Of a stretch of DNA of 64,000 nucleotides, positions 1 through 10,628 are shown one piece after another. The stretch's first letter is position 1; the number at the start of each line of letters is the position of its first letter. Both the position numbers and the translations under genes were made by a program. Origin of the DNA: Alphaproteobacteria bacterium (GTDB lineage Bacteria; Pseudomonadota; Alphaproteobacteria; UBA828); the NCBI GenBank assembly GCA_965237415.1, contig CBDEFM010000002.1, positions 3,008,001 to 3,072,000 on the forward strand, written 5' to 3'. Under the pieces are notes generated by a model. It ran no database searches and was not told the DNA's origin. It saw nothing but the letters and a program-made list of their open reading frames with translations.

Positions 1-174
1 CAGATTGGCCAACGGCCGGCGAGCGGCTCGCCCCGCCATGCGCATGAGCTGGATATTCCCGGCCTGCGCTTCCAATCGGTCGGAAGGTTTCCGTACCTGG
101 TCTTCTATGCGGAGAGGGAAGCGGACATCGATGTCTGGCGCGTCCTGCATGGCGCGCGAGAGATCCCGGTCTAG
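1..174 (+). CDS. RelE/ParE-family type II toxin, 3' part (runs off left edge)
   Basis: Frame 1 reads QIGQRPASGSPRHAHELDIPGLRFQSVGRFPYLVFYAEREADIDVWRVLHGAREIPV*, a typical ParE C-terminus (FPYLVFY...WRVLHG). Not in the ORF track. Confidence 0.8.
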   Translation, partial: QIGQRPASGSPRHAHELDIPGLRFQSVGRFPYLVFYAEREADIDVWRVLHGAREIPV

Positions 175-589
175 CCCGCACTTCTCACCAAGGTCACGGC
201 CTGCGTCGCACCCAGGCGTTCGATCCGCCAGGAGCGGGCCGAAAAGCGTATCAGGAAATACGGTTGAGGCCCGCATCGTGCGCTCCGCGCGCGTGGACGC
301 GCGACGCGGGCGGGCGCCTGGGCGCGACCCGACGGGCGGCGCTGTCCGGCCGACAGCGTGCGTCGAAGCGCTTGCCCGATGTCCCCGCATCGCGCTGCGC
401 GCCTCTCCTACTCTGTCGGCCGGACAGCGCCGCGCAGACCATGAACTTGGTGAGAAATGCGGGCCAGATGCGGCAGCCGCACGAGGAGTGATCCGGGAGG
501 CGCGGGTGCCGGCCGTGGATCTTCGGTGCGAGGGCGCTGATGCGCTCTCTCGCCGAGCGTCAATTGGTTTGAGCGAGGCGGCCGGCGCG

Positions 590-1627
590 TCAGGCGGCCG
601 GCACCGGCGCATCGTCACGCAACAGATGCGCCTCCTTCAGGCCCGCCCAGAGCGCAGGCGGGATGGTCTCTTCCAGCAAGGCCACGTTCTGGCGCACCTC
701 GCGCTCTGCCATGGCGCCGGGAATGACGCTCTTGACGGCGGGGTGCGCGAGGACGAACTGCAGCGCCGCCGCCGGCAGCGTCACGCCGTGGTCCCGGCAC
801 GCGCTCTCGATCCTGCGCACGCGCTCCATGATGTCCGGCGGCGCAGGCTTATAGTTGAAGCGTGCCCCCTCGACCGCCCCGGTCGCGAGAATGCCGGAAT
901 TGTAAGGCCCGCCCAGGATGATCCCGACATCGCGCGCCACGCACGTGGGCAGGAATGAGGTGAGCGCCTCCTGCTCGATCAGGGTGTAGCGGCCGGCGAG
1001 GAGGAAGCAGTCGAAATCCGCGTGGCCGAGCAGCGCCTCGCAGGCCTGCCACTCATTCACGCCCGCGCCGAAGGCGGCGATGCGGCCCGCGGCCTTGAGC
1101 TCCTCGAGCGCGCGGTATCCGCCGCGATCGAAGAGCTCGCGCACCTTCTCGTCCGCGGCCGCCTGGCTGCCGTGCGTCCACACGTCGACATCGTGGATCA
1201 GGAGGATGTCGATGGCCTCGACCCCGAGCCGTTCGAGGCTCGCGTCGTGGCTGCGCATCACGCCTTCGTAGGTGTAGTCGAACACCACCTGCTTCTCGGG
1301 CGCGTCGACGAAGAGCCCCTTCGTCGTCTCGTCCACCGGGCCATCGACCAGGAGCCGGCCGATCTTGGTGGAGAGCACGATGGTCTCGCGGCCGAAACTC
1401 TCGATGGCGGTGCCGAAGCGCTCTTCGGAACGCCCGAGTCCGTAGTAGGGCGCGGTATCGAAGAGGCGGACGCCGCAGGCGTGAGCCGCGCGCAGCGTCG
1501 CTTGCGCGTCCTCCTCTGAAATCTTGCGGTAGAGATTGCCCAGAGGCGCGCCGCCGAAGCCGAGCCGGGTCACGTCGAGGGGGCGGGCCGTGCGCCCGCT
1601 CAGATTTGCCGTATCGGCTGCTCTCAC
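590..1627 (-). CDS. Aldo/keto reductase (D-threo-aldose/L-fucose dehydrogenase-like)
   Basis: LGFGGAPLGNLY, FDTAPYYG, STKIGR, LLIHD, LLAGRYTL and GGPYNSGILA motifs. Confidence 0.9.
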   Translation of the reverse strand: MRAADTANLSGRTARPLDVTRLGFGGAPLGNLYRKISEEDAQATLRAAHACGVRLFDTAPYYGLGRSEERFGTAIESFGRETIVLSTKIGRLLVDGPVDETTKGLFVDAPEKQVVFDYTYEGVMRSHDASLERLGVEAIDILLIHDVDVWTHGSQAAADEKVRELFDRGGYRALEELKAAGRIAAFGAGVNEWQACEALLGHADFDCFLLAGRYTLIEQEALTSFLPTCVARDVGIILGGPYNSGILATGAVEGARFNYKPAPPDIMERVRRIESACRDHGVTLPAAALQFVLAHPAVKSVIPGAMAEREVRQNVALLEETIPPALWAGLKEAHLLRDDAPVPAA

Positions 1628-2591
1628 CGGCGCATCCTCCTGCCGCTATCGCTGTTGCTGTCGAAGCGCCTGGCTCCGATGCCTTGCCACCCCATGGTCT
1701 GGACGAAGTCTACCCGATGGAACGGCAGACCATGAAGAATGCCGACCATGCGACGCACCCTCCCTGCGGTCCGAGGGCGGCGCGGGCATCCTCTGCCGCT
1801 GGCCCGGTCGGCTTCCGCCGTGTGCCTGAGACGTCTTTGGCTAATACGCAAGATCCGGGTGGAGTGGCGACCCTTGACTCATAATCTGCACCAAATAACC
1901 ATAACCAATTGGATATACTTACTCTCAGAGATGCAAGCGCATAACATGCATAAATCTATAAGATTTCAGTATGTATTATTTCCGAAAAGGCATTTTTTAT
2001 AGTGAACATGAGGTGGTATTCAATTCGCTTGGAAGTGAAGATATCGGACATCTTCAACCGAATGAGAGAGCGGAGAAGAGTTGTGCACGGGGCGCATCTC
2101 GCAAGGCGGAGGACGGCACCCGGGCTCGCCCTCTGCGCGAGCGACACCGCCCGCCCCGCCTGCCTTTCACGCATTCCGACGACGACCCGGTGAACACCGT
2201 CCAGCGCAGCACCCGTGCGCCACGGTGCTTTCAAGAACAACTTTTACGTTAATGAAGAGGCCTCGTGTCGGGAGGCCTCGTTTGTGGACTGCAGCGCCGA
2301 GTTTACCAAGATGACCCCAGCAGTGTCCATAGTCATCGTGTCACCTTAACAACATGCCCGAGGTGGCCCAGGCAACCGACGACGTTCCGAAACCTTTAGC
2401 GGCGATTTGCGCCGCCGTCAAGCCATGGATGCGGCATCCCGTAGCCGCCCGGCATCCGGCAGGCAAGCACGCCACGAGCCGGCAGCCGATGCAAGCGCGG
2501 AATCGCGCCCGGCATCAAGGCTTTCCGCAGGGTGAGCCCGCCGGCATCGAGGCGGCGCAGACCAGGCCGTCACCCTGGCGGGAAAGGCCGG

Positions 2592-3025
2592 CTAGGCCCG
2601 CGCGTCGGCGTTCGCTTCGGCCGTATGGTGCGTTTGGGGGGCGGTGTTTGCCGGGAAGATATCTCTTGCGATATCGTTTGCGACGCGCGTTGCGGCGTCT
2701 TTGACGGAGTCTCTGGTGAGGTGGGTGTAGCGGGCGGTTGTCTGGATCTGGGCGTGGCCGAGGAGTTTTGCGATCACCGGCAGGCTCTCGCCGAGCGCGA
2801 GGGCGCGTGAGGCATAGCTGTGGCGGAGGTCGTGGATGCGCACGTCGTCGAGGCAGGCGCGGGCGCGCACGCGGCTCCACGGCTCGAAGATGCTGGAGAG
2901 CCGCTGCCCTGGCCTGGTGCCGGGGATGACCCAGGGGTTGCCGGGGACCTTAGGGATGGCGGCCAGAACGTCCGCCGCCTCGACAGAGAGCGAGATCGTG
3001 CGGGGGCCGGTCTTGCTGTCGCTAA
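2592..3025 (-). pseudogene. Tyrosine recombinase/integrase, C-terminal remnant
   Basis: DSKTG...HDLRHSYAS...LLGH...TTARYTH catalytic tail only; N-terminal part absent. Confidence 0.85.
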
Positions 3026-3396
3026 GATAGAAAAGCACCAGAACCTACTGTAAAATATCAGTTATCTGGTTTTCGTCTCCAATGTGTAATCAAAACGAAT
3101 GCGGATTTTCTCAATGTGGTGACCGTCTGTGTTCGCGATTGGCTCCTGTTGGCAAGTAATGGTTCCGCCAGGCCGTGGAATCGTCCGACCAGCGAGCGGG
3201 GCCGGCGCGTGAAACCGACCGATCTGCTGCCTCAGACGCCATGTTCTGCCCTCACCAGAGCGAACCTCCACGGCCTGGAGGTGCCATTACATTCCGGCCT
3301 CCCCTGAACGCAGGCCGTCGCCATCGAGGACCGGAAAGACATGCTTGGTCGTCACTTCTCCGTGACGCCAAGCGCCAACGAGGCCTCGTTGCCTCG

Positions 3397-5631
3397 TTAT
3401 TGGGGCGAGTGCGACGCGGTGGGCAGCACTCTAGCCCGATACTCCAGGATCGTGTCGATGAGATATCTGTCCAGTTCCACGGTCAGCTCGAGATCGTCCC
3501 GTTCCAGCGATCGGCGGGCAGACGGCGTCATCAGCACGGTTCGGCAAGGCTCAACAGCCAGGACAGCCATCTCGGCCGTATGATCTCCGAAGGCAGCCTC
3601 GGTTGCCAATACATCGCCGGGTCCGTACTCGTCCATTCGCGCCCCGGCGTCCTCCTCGCGCGCCATGGCCCGGCCCTGGGTCAGAAACTGCATCCCCTCC
3701 TGGCTCTCGCCCCGCGCCACGATGGTCTCGCCAGCCTCATACGCGCGACTCCGTAGCCAAGGCCTGAGCCGCTCCATCAACGCCTCGAAACCAGCCTGCC
3801 TCTCTACTTCACGCACCGCGTGGTCGATGGAAAGGCCGAACAAGGCGTCCCTCGCGTCGTCCGACCCGGCGCTCAGCCGATCCCACTCGGCGATGACGAG
3901 GTCCTCACACCGCTCCAGGCCGCGGTCGAGGTCCTCTTCCAGGATCAGACTGCGCCACTCGCCCTCGGGCAGGCCGCGCTGCAGGATCGAACGGACATGC
4001 TCCGCCACTGCGCTCAGGACAATGTGCGTGCCCTGGGCGCGCGCCGCCCGGACGGAGCGGAAAATGACGTTCGCGGCCGAAACATCGAAGCCGGAGACCG
4101 CGGCGAAATCCAGCAGTAGGCACAGCGGGGCCGGGTCGGCACCGAGGGCCTGCTTGAGGTGAGTCCCCATGGGTGAGGCGTTGCCGAAGATGATGTAGCC
4201 ACGCAGCCTGTAGGCGCGTACCCGTTCGCCGTGGTGCCGAAGAATCGCGCGGTGGGTGGCGGAGCGTGCTCTCTTGCTCTGACGATCGCGGGCCGTGAAC
4301 GAGGCGCCGATCACATCCACCCCGCTGAAACGCACCACGAAGAAGATCACCGCCGCCACCAGCCCCACAGCCACACCTTCCAGAAACCCGAAGACGCCGA
4401 TGACAATGGAGACGACAAGGACGATGCCGTAGTCCGTCCAAGGCAGTGTCTTGCGGCTTGCCACCAGCCAGTCGTTCAGCAGGCCGAGCCCGAGGAAGAG
4501 CACCAGACCGCCGAGCAGCGGCTTTGGCAGTATCACCAGCACGTCGCCGCCGAAAAACAGCACCACGCCCAACGCGAAAGCCATAACGACCCCGGTGAGG
4601 CGCGTTTCGGCGCCGGTCACATGGCTCACCAGAGACATGACGGCCGTGTTGCAGCCGGGGGCGCTTCCGCCCAGGCCGCCAACCAGGTTGGCAACGCCCT
4701 CGACCCGAAACTCCTTGTTCATGTCGAGCTCCGCGCCACTGCCCAGTTCCAGTGCGCCCGCGTTCAGCACGAAGCACATCAAGGCAATGAGGGTCACACC
4801 CAGGATGCCTGGGAACTGGGACGCCACGACACCCCAATTCACATGATCGAAGTCGCCAAGTTGAACGGGTGGCCAGGAGGCATCCGCCGGCAGGCCGACG
4901 AACAGAATGCCGGCCGCGCTGGCCTCTTCCACGGAAATTCCGAGCAAGATAAGCACCGCGTGACACAGTCCGACGGCGAGCACCACCGATGCCGGCAGGA
5001 CGAGATAGTGGGGCCTTAGCTTCGTGACCACCAGCAGCGCGAGGGCAAAGGCTAGGCTGGGTCCCCACCTCCAGACCGTGTCGGACTCGAGCAGTTCGGG
5101 AAGCGTCTCCCAATTCAGCGTGATTCCGCACGTGATGGAGACACTGCTCAGGACCAGGAACCAACCCAATCCCGCGAGAAATCCACCCATCAGGGGATAG
5201 GGAATGAAACGGGACAGGTTGGCCAAGCGGAACCACCCGACGAGCCCGAACAAGAGCGCGGTCGTCAGGGCCGAGAGTGCGATGATCACAACCATGGTCG
5301 CGAACACCGCCTCTTGCGGCGCTGCCGTCATGCTCGCCGCCACCCCGCCCCCCACCCCGAACAGCGCCGCCGCCGGCGCGAAGTGGGGTACGGATATGGT
5401 GCCCTTGTAGGTGCCCGATAGAGCGACGATCAGGCACATGGCGAATGCGCCGAAGAGTATCGCTCCCGTACCCTGGCTGACGAAGGGGGCCAAGGGGCCT
5501 GAGAATATGATGGCGGCGACAGAGGTCTGAACGACCACCATCAGCACGGCGATCACAAGGCCGGTGGAGAGCGCGGCCGGGAGCTTGGCCGACGCGGCGT
5601 CGGCGCGCAGCTCCGACGCGAGTCCAAGCAC
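3397..5631 (-). CDS. SulP-family anion transporter with STAS and cyclic-nucleotide-binding domains
   Basis: Many TM segments, RFIPYPLMGGFLAG motif, STAS (LRGYIIFGNA...LDFAAVSGFDVSA), C-terminal cNMP-like domain (YEAGETIVARGE...YGPGDVL). Confidence 0.9.
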   Translation of the reverse strand: MLGLASELRADAASAKLPAALSTGLVIAVLMVVVQTSVAAIIFSGPLAPFVSQGTGAILFGAFAMCLIVALSGTYKGTISVPHFAPAAALFGVGGGVAASMTAAPQEAVFATMVVIIALSALTTALLFGLVGWFRLANLSRFIPYPLMGGFLAGLGWFLVLSSVSITCGITLNWETLPELLESDTVWRWGPSLAFALALLVVTKLRPHYLVLPASVVLAVGLCHAVLILLGISVEEASAAGILFVGLPADASWPPVQLGDFDHVNWGVVASQFPGILGVTLIALMCFVLNAGALELGSGAELDMNKEFRVEGVANLVGGLGGSAPGCNTAVMSLVSHVTGAETRLTGVVMAFALGVVLFFGGDVLVILPKPLLGGLVLFLGLGLLNDWLVASRKTLPWTDYGIVLVVSIVIGVFGFLEGVAVGLVAAVIFFVVRFSGVDVIGASFTARDRQSKRARSATHRAILRHHGERVRAYRLRGYIIFGNASPMGTHLKQALGADPAPLCLLLDFAAVSGFDVSAANVIFRSVRAARAQGTHIVLSAVAEHVRSILQRGLPEGEWRSLILEEDLDRGLERCEDLVIAEWDRLSAGSDDARDALFGLSIDHAVREVERQAGFEALMERLRPWLRSRAYEAGETIVARGESQEGMQFLTQGRAMAREEDAGARMDEYGPGDVLATEAAFGDHTAEMAVLAVEPCRTVLMTPSARRSLERDDLELTVELDRYLIDTILEYRARVLPTASHSPQ

Positions 5632-5716
5632 TATGGACGCCGGCGTCTCCGCTATGCCGCCGAAGCGAATAACCGTCGCCCTCCAAACCTAAGGGCGGCG
5701 GTTGGTCCGTCTCCGG

Positions 5717-6091
5717 CTATTTCCGTTCGCCGATGATGCGTCCTGCGATACGAAACATCGCCGCTCCCGTCGGCGCGCCGCAATAGGCGCTGATATGAAT
5801 CAGTGTTTCCTTGAGCTCCTCAGCGGATACGCCGTTGTCGAGCGCATGCGTGAGGTGCAACTCGAACTCGCGATCCCGCTTGAGCGCCGCGAGCATGGAG
5901 AGACTGATGAGCACGCGCTGCTTCCGGCTCAAACCGGGGCGACCCCAGACCGCACCCCAGAAGTGCTCGTTGACGATATCATGGTATTCCCGGCTGAAGT
6001 CGTCGGCGCTCTGCTCGTCAACGTAGTCCGCGCCGATCACCTCGCGGCGGATCTGAAGTCCTTTTTCGTATGTTTCGTTCGACATCGTCAT
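5717..6091 (-). CDS. Carboxymuconolactone decarboxylase-family protein
   Basis: YEKGLQIRREVIG...WGAVWGRPGL...ALDNGV...ELKETLIHISAYCGAP. Confidence 0.9.
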   Translation of the reverse strand: MTMSNETYEKGLQIRREVIGADYVDEQSADDFSREYHDIVNEHFWGAVWGRPGLSRKQRVLISLSMLAALKRDREFELHLTHALDNGVSAEELKETLIHISAYCGAPTGAAMFRIAGRIIGERK

Positions 6092-6579
6092 GATCCCCCT
6101 GTCCTTGTCCAGCGCTTCCTCGCTGCCACACGAAGTATGGAGACCGCTCGCTTCGAGGGCAACCATCGCACGTCACGATTGGCGGTGAGCGTGCTGCATG
6201 CGGCGACGATCTTGAGGGACAAAGACGGTGCACCTTCTGCGCAGCGGCAGACAGGTTGCACTCGGGGGTATCCTGCTGGCGAGCTTCGGCCGAGGCGGTA
6301 CTGCGGTCCCCTCCACCACGGCCCCACGGAACCTTTACGTTGGCAATGACCGCCAGAATCCGAATCGGTGCCCCTTCGCAACGATGCGGCGGCACCGGGA
6401 GGCCGTCTCCGGGTCCGGCGGACGCGTCCCCATGCCGCCCGCCGCGGCCGGGTCGGTGGCGTGCTGTTGTCGGTCCCATCCGGGCGCCACCGAACCGATG
6501 CCGTCGGGTCGCACGTCGAACGCTCGCGCGCCGACCGCGATTTCAGCCGGCGACCTGATGGTCACATCATGTCTGAATT

Positions 6580-7593
6580 TCACCAATCGAGCCGGCCTTC
6601 CGAATACAGCCAGGGCGAGGTCCTGCGGTCGTGCCGGTCGGTCCGGTCGGCGGTAATCGCGTTCGACAGCTCGTCGTCGATACATCCCTTCGCGGTTTGC
6701 ATGGCATCCAGAATGGAGCGGCGCCGGTCGATGTCGCGTTCCCAGAGAAGGGCCTCTTTCGATTTGAGCACAGCAGCGCGCTCGGCCATGACCTTCGGAT
6801 GCGTGTGTAGCCATCGCAGAAAGGCAATGGCATCGGGTGTGTCGCGCCACAGCTTGCCGCATTGCTCCGCGTACTCTTTCGCGAGTTCGGGCTCGGCAAA
6901 ATTCGAGCCATGCCAGATGCCGACCGGCATGGGGTCGGGATTTCCGCAGAGGATTTCCGGGACGTAGACATTCTCCACGAACCCGCGCCTGAGGCTGGTT
7001 GCCGCCGCCGCGTGCTGGCTCTGCCGGAACTGCAGCAGCGCCAACTCGTACCAGTAAGGCGGATACTCGGCCGCCTCCGTCTCGAACAAGGACCGGGCCC
7101 GCTCTTCCTGACCGGTGCGCAGGTATTCCGAGCCGATGATGTAGCGGATGCCCTGATTGTCATCGGGGTTCCATGCCAGCACCCTTTCCATGATCGCGAT
7201 TGCCTCCGGGGCGTTGCCCAGTCGCAGATGGCAAAGGGCTGCCCCGTGAGCGGCGCGAAGAAAGGGGCGGTTCTCCAGAAATTTCCATTCGATGAATTCC
7301 TGGAAGTCCGGCGGAAGGAGGCCCGTCCCCAGTGAATAGCCCCGCATGCAGGACTCCAGTGCGGGTTTGAACGTTCCCCGGTCGTACAGAGCGTTTCCAA
7401 GATGCGCATGGCCGTCGATGAACCAGGGATGGCGTTCGACCAGCTCTTCCAGCGCCCTGACATACCAGGGTGTGGAAGGCCGTCCGGCGCCGCGCCGGTC
7501 CAGGAGATCGTCGAGCTCCTCGACAATGGCGTCATACCCCGGTGGATATTGGAAGACGGCGACGTCTTCGTGCATTTCAAGGGTAATCTTCAT
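6580..7593 (-). CDS. TPR-like helical repeat protein
   Basis: IDGHAHLGN, ENRPFLRA and WNPDDNQGIRY motifs; start inferred at MKITLEM. Confidence 0.7.
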   Translation of the reverse strand: MKITLEMHEDVAVFQYPPGYDAIVEELDDLLDRRGAGRPSTPWYVRALEELVERHPWFIDGHAHLGNALYDRGTFKPALESCMRGYSLGTGLLPPDFQEFIEWKFLENRPFLRAAHGAALCHLRLGNAPEAIAIMERVLAWNPDDNQGIRYIIGSEYLRTGQEERARSLFETEAAEYPPYWYELALLQFRQSQHAAAATSLRRGFVENVYVPEILCGNPDPMPVGIWHGSNFAEPELAKEYAEQCGKLWRDTPDAIAFLRWLHTHPKVMAERAAVLKSKEALLWERDIDRRRSILDAMQTAKGCIDDELSNAITADRTDRHDRRTSPWLYSEGRLDW

Positions 7594-7844
7594 TCCCTGT
7601 CCTCGCCGGGTTCCGCCCGGAGTCTCGGCTCCGGCTCCAGCGGCCCGGTCGCCGGATTGGCGAGGTCCCTGCACAGTTTCACGAAGCGTCTTTCGGCATT
7701 CTCCATCATGCGAGTTGGATGGCGCAATCGGGAAAGGCCGTCAACGCAGGCAGGTCAGAAAAGCTGACGGGAACTTGTGTCGATGCAGCGAACGGGGTCA
7801 GCTTCCCGCCCGGCGTCCACGTATATCTGGCCGTGAACAGCGAA

Positions 7845-7903
7845 TGCGGACCTTCCGGCCAATAACCGGAGGTGCACAGGTCAAAGTCCTGCCTCCGCAC
7901 CCA
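7845..7903 (+). other. Degenerate tRNA-Met(initiator)-like 3' fragment, probable decayed att site
   Basis: tccgg-ccaataa-ccgga stem-loop followed by caggtcaaagtcctgcctccgcaccca, resembling the tRNA-fMet 3' end CAGGTTCAAATCCTGCCCCCGCAACCA; no D-arm. Confidence 0.55.
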
Positions 7904-7909
7904 TATATT

Positions 7910-7941
7910 CCCCGTTATCCCAACAGGATAGCGGGGTTTTT
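7910..7941 (+). terminator. Rho-independent terminator
   Basis: ccccgttatcc-caaca-ggatagcgggg hairpin followed by ttttt. Confidence 0.65.
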
Positions 7942-8506
7942 CATTTTCCGTGCCCGATATCATTGCTTAGCCGTAAGGATACAGTAAGCGGAGTCAATGC
8001 AACGTGGGGCGGGGCTGTGACCGCGCGTGGCAACGTCGCCCGCGGAATATTCCAGCGTTCACACGCATGGCGCCGCATGGCCGGCCCAGCGCCAGATTCA
8101 CAGCCTGAGGGTGAGATGATGGATCGGGGCGGGTGGATGTGGACATGGCGAGGTTTTCTTGCAGCAGGCACGGGCAATAACTGGCGGGGGTAAGAGGGAC
8201 TCGAAGAGGCTTTGACGCGGACGTGGTGCTCGGCGAATCGAAACATTCTTGGCCGGTCCTGCGTGTGTGCGGTGCGCAGGTATGGCAACGTGGGGTGTCG
8301 AGCGGCGAAGCGGGGCGAGTGCGGCCAAGAGTGGGATCATCGGCAGCGTTTACTCTGCAATTGGGGCGAATGGGCGAATACGGGACTTTGGGGTCGCACC
8401 CTGAAGGTGTTAGTCGGAAACTGCGGCCTTGCGAATGTCCTCCACAAGGCCGGTTACACCGGATGCTTGCGTGTCGCCCACTCGCAGCGCCAGCCGGAGC
8501 CAGATC

Positions 8507-10252
8507 ATGAGTACCGCCAGCCCTGGCCAGCAAGAGAGCGTTCGCTACCAGCCCGACGAAAGCCCCCCGGTGCCGATCGCAGCCGGTTTGGGTCTTCAGT
8601 TCGCCATTCTCATCATCGCCAGGATCGTGGTCGTGCCCGTCGTCATCGTGCGTGCGGCCGGCGGCAGCGATGCCGACCTCTCCTGGATCCTGTTTGCCGC
8701 GATCGCGATCTGCGGCCTGACCACGATAGTGCAGGCGCTCCGTATCGGCCGCTTCGGCTCTGGATACGTCGCCGTGATGGGCACCTCGCTCGCAGTCGTC
8801 GGCGTGGGCGTCACGGCGGTAGCCGAAGGCGGCCTGTCGCTGCTCGCCACCCTGGTGCTCGTCGCGTCATTGGTTCCGCTGGCGCTCTCCTTCCGGCTCA
8901 CGCTGTTTCGAAAGATCCTGACGCCCACCGTCTCGGGCACGGTCATCATGCTGATCCCGGCCACGTTGATGCCGTCCGCCTTCGGGCTGTTGACCGACGT
9001 GCCGGCCGGCACGCCGGCGGCAGCCGCCCCGCTGTGCGCCATCGTGGCCCTCATCGTCATCATCGTCGCCACGCTGAAGGGAACCGCCGGGGTGCGTCTC
9101 TGGTCGCCGGTGATCGGCGTGGTCGCGGGTTGTCTGGTCGCGCTCTATTTCCGTCTCTACGACGTGGACGCCGTTATCGGGGCCTCGTGGATCGGCTTTC
9201 CAGCTACCGACTGGCCAGGCCTGAACCTCGACTTCGGGCCGGTGTTCTGGGCGCTTCTTCCCGCGTTCGTGCTCGTAGCCCTGATCGAGAGCGTGCAGAC
9301 GATCAGCAACGCGGTGGCAGTGCAGCGCGTCTCCTGGCGCCGCCCGCGGGCGGTGGACTTCAGGGCGGTGCAGGGTGCCGTAGCAACGGCCGGTATCGGC
9401 AACCTGCTGTGCGGTATCGCAGGCACGGTGCCGAACACGCTGTTGTCGACCAGCGTGGCGGTGACCGGCCTGACCGGCGCTGCCGCGCGCCGCGTGGGCA
9501 TCGCGGCAGGCGCGGTATTCATCGCCATGGCCTTCCTGCCCAAGGTTCTCGCCGCGGTCCTGGCGATACCGGGCCCGGTCGTCTCGGCCTATCTGGTCGT
9601 GTTGATGGCAACGCTTTTCGTGCTGGGCATGCAGATGGTCATCCAGGGCGGGATCGACTATCGCAAAGGCCTGATCGCAGGCGTGGCCTTCTGGGCAGGC
9701 GTCGGCTTCCAGTACGGCGCGATATTCCCCGAGTTCACGCACGACTTCGCCGGCGGCCTGCTGCGGAGCGGGGTCACGGCGGGCGGTCTTGTCGCGATCC
9801 TGCTGACCCTGTTCACGGAGGTGACGAAACCGCGGCCGCGTCGGATCGGGACGACGTGCGATGTTTCGGCACTGCCGGAGATCAGGGCGTTCCTGGCCGC
9901 GTTCGTATCCCGCAACGGCTGGGACGAGGCGATGGCGCATCGCCTCGACGCCGTCGCCGAGGAGACGGTACTGACCCTGATCGAGCGCGACGAGGAGGGT
10001 GCGGAGCGCGGGCGGCAGCGTCTGCTGCTCACGGCGCGCAAGGAGGCTGGCCGTGCGGTGCTGGAATTCGTTGCAGCGCCGGGTGACGGTAACCTCGAGG
10101 ACCGGATGGCCCTGCTCGGCGAAGACGCGGCCGAGATTCCGGCCGAGCGGGAGGTCTCGCTTCGGCTCCTGCGGCACCTCGCATCCTCGGTCCGACACGA
10201 GCAGTATCACGACACCGAATTCGTCACGGTCCGCGTGGATGTCCCAGACTGA
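8507..10252 (+). CDS. NCS2 (xanthine/uracil permease) family transporter with C-terminal degenerate HATPase_c/RsbW-like domain
   Basis: YQPDESPP...GLGLQF, TPTVSGTVIMLI, NLLCGIAGTVPNT and FLPKVLA..LAIPGPV motifs; soluble C-terminal ~130 aa with an anti-sigma-kinase-like pattern. Confidence 0.85.
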   Translation: MSTASPGQQESVRYQPDESPPVPIAAGLGLQFAILIIARIVVVPVVIVRAAGGSDADLSWILFAAIAICGLTTIVQALRIGRFGSGYVAVMGTSLAVVGVGVTAVAEGGLSLLATLVLVASLVPLALSFRLTLFRKILTPTVSGTVIMLIPATLMPSAFGLLTDVPAGTPAAAAPLCAIVALIVIIVATLKGTAGVRLWSPVIGVVAGCLVALYFRLYDVDAVIGASWIGFPATDWPGLNLDFGPVFWALLPAFVLVALIESVQTISNAVAVQRVSWRRPRAVDFRAVQGAVATAGIGNLLCGIAGTVPNTLLSTSVAVTGLTGAAARRVGIAAGAVFIAMAFLPKVLAAVLAIPGPVVSAYLVVLMATLFVLGMQMVIQGGIDYRKGLIAGVAFWAGVGFQYGAIFPEFTHDFAGGLLRSGVTAGGLVAILLTLFTEVTKPRPRRIGTTCDVSALPEIRAFLAAFVSRNGWDEAMAHRLDAVAEETVLTLIERDEEGAERGRQRLLLTARKEAGRAVLEFVAAPGDGNLEDRMALLGEDAAEIPAEREVSLRLLRHLASSVRHEQYHDTEFVTVRVDVPD

Positions 10253-10628
10253 CGTCACGAGAGGCCCTGCGGAGGGCGGCCTGTTGGGTTCCGGCCCGCT
10301 GCACCAAGTGTGAGGAGGTGGCGGAAGGGCTTGCGGTTGCCGCAAAGAGCCTGGCAAAATTTGACGACCGGAAGCTCAATACACATTGGGACCGAAGTTC
10401 CAGCGACAAGCCCTCAGACCAACATTGTCGGGTAAGAGAGGCGAGGCCGGGTGGCAACGCATCGAGCTTGATGGGTCAATGGTTTGGGAATTCGCAATCT
10501 CCCCGCTCGTCGAGATTGGTGCGATTCCATCGATCGGAAACCGTCAGGGATGCGATGGAACTCGATAACGGGGCACTCGCCAGGCATTGGTCGCTGAGAT
10601 CGTCTGCGAAGGGACGGCGCGTAGCCGC

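Noticed and set aside
5-958. 317-aa + strand ORF and similar long overlapping ORFs (e.g. 3905-5686, 8212-10086, 23146-24804, 44881-46950)
   Set aside because: Alternative-frame or antisense shadows of genes with clear family motifs.
1870-2350. AT-rich intergenic patch with short ORFs
   Set aside because: Probably regulatory DNA, but no specific site, RNA motif or credible protein could be supported.
7845-7903. Functional canonical tRNA gene
   Set aside because: No D-arm, non-consensus T-loop and anticodon loop; kept only as a remnant.
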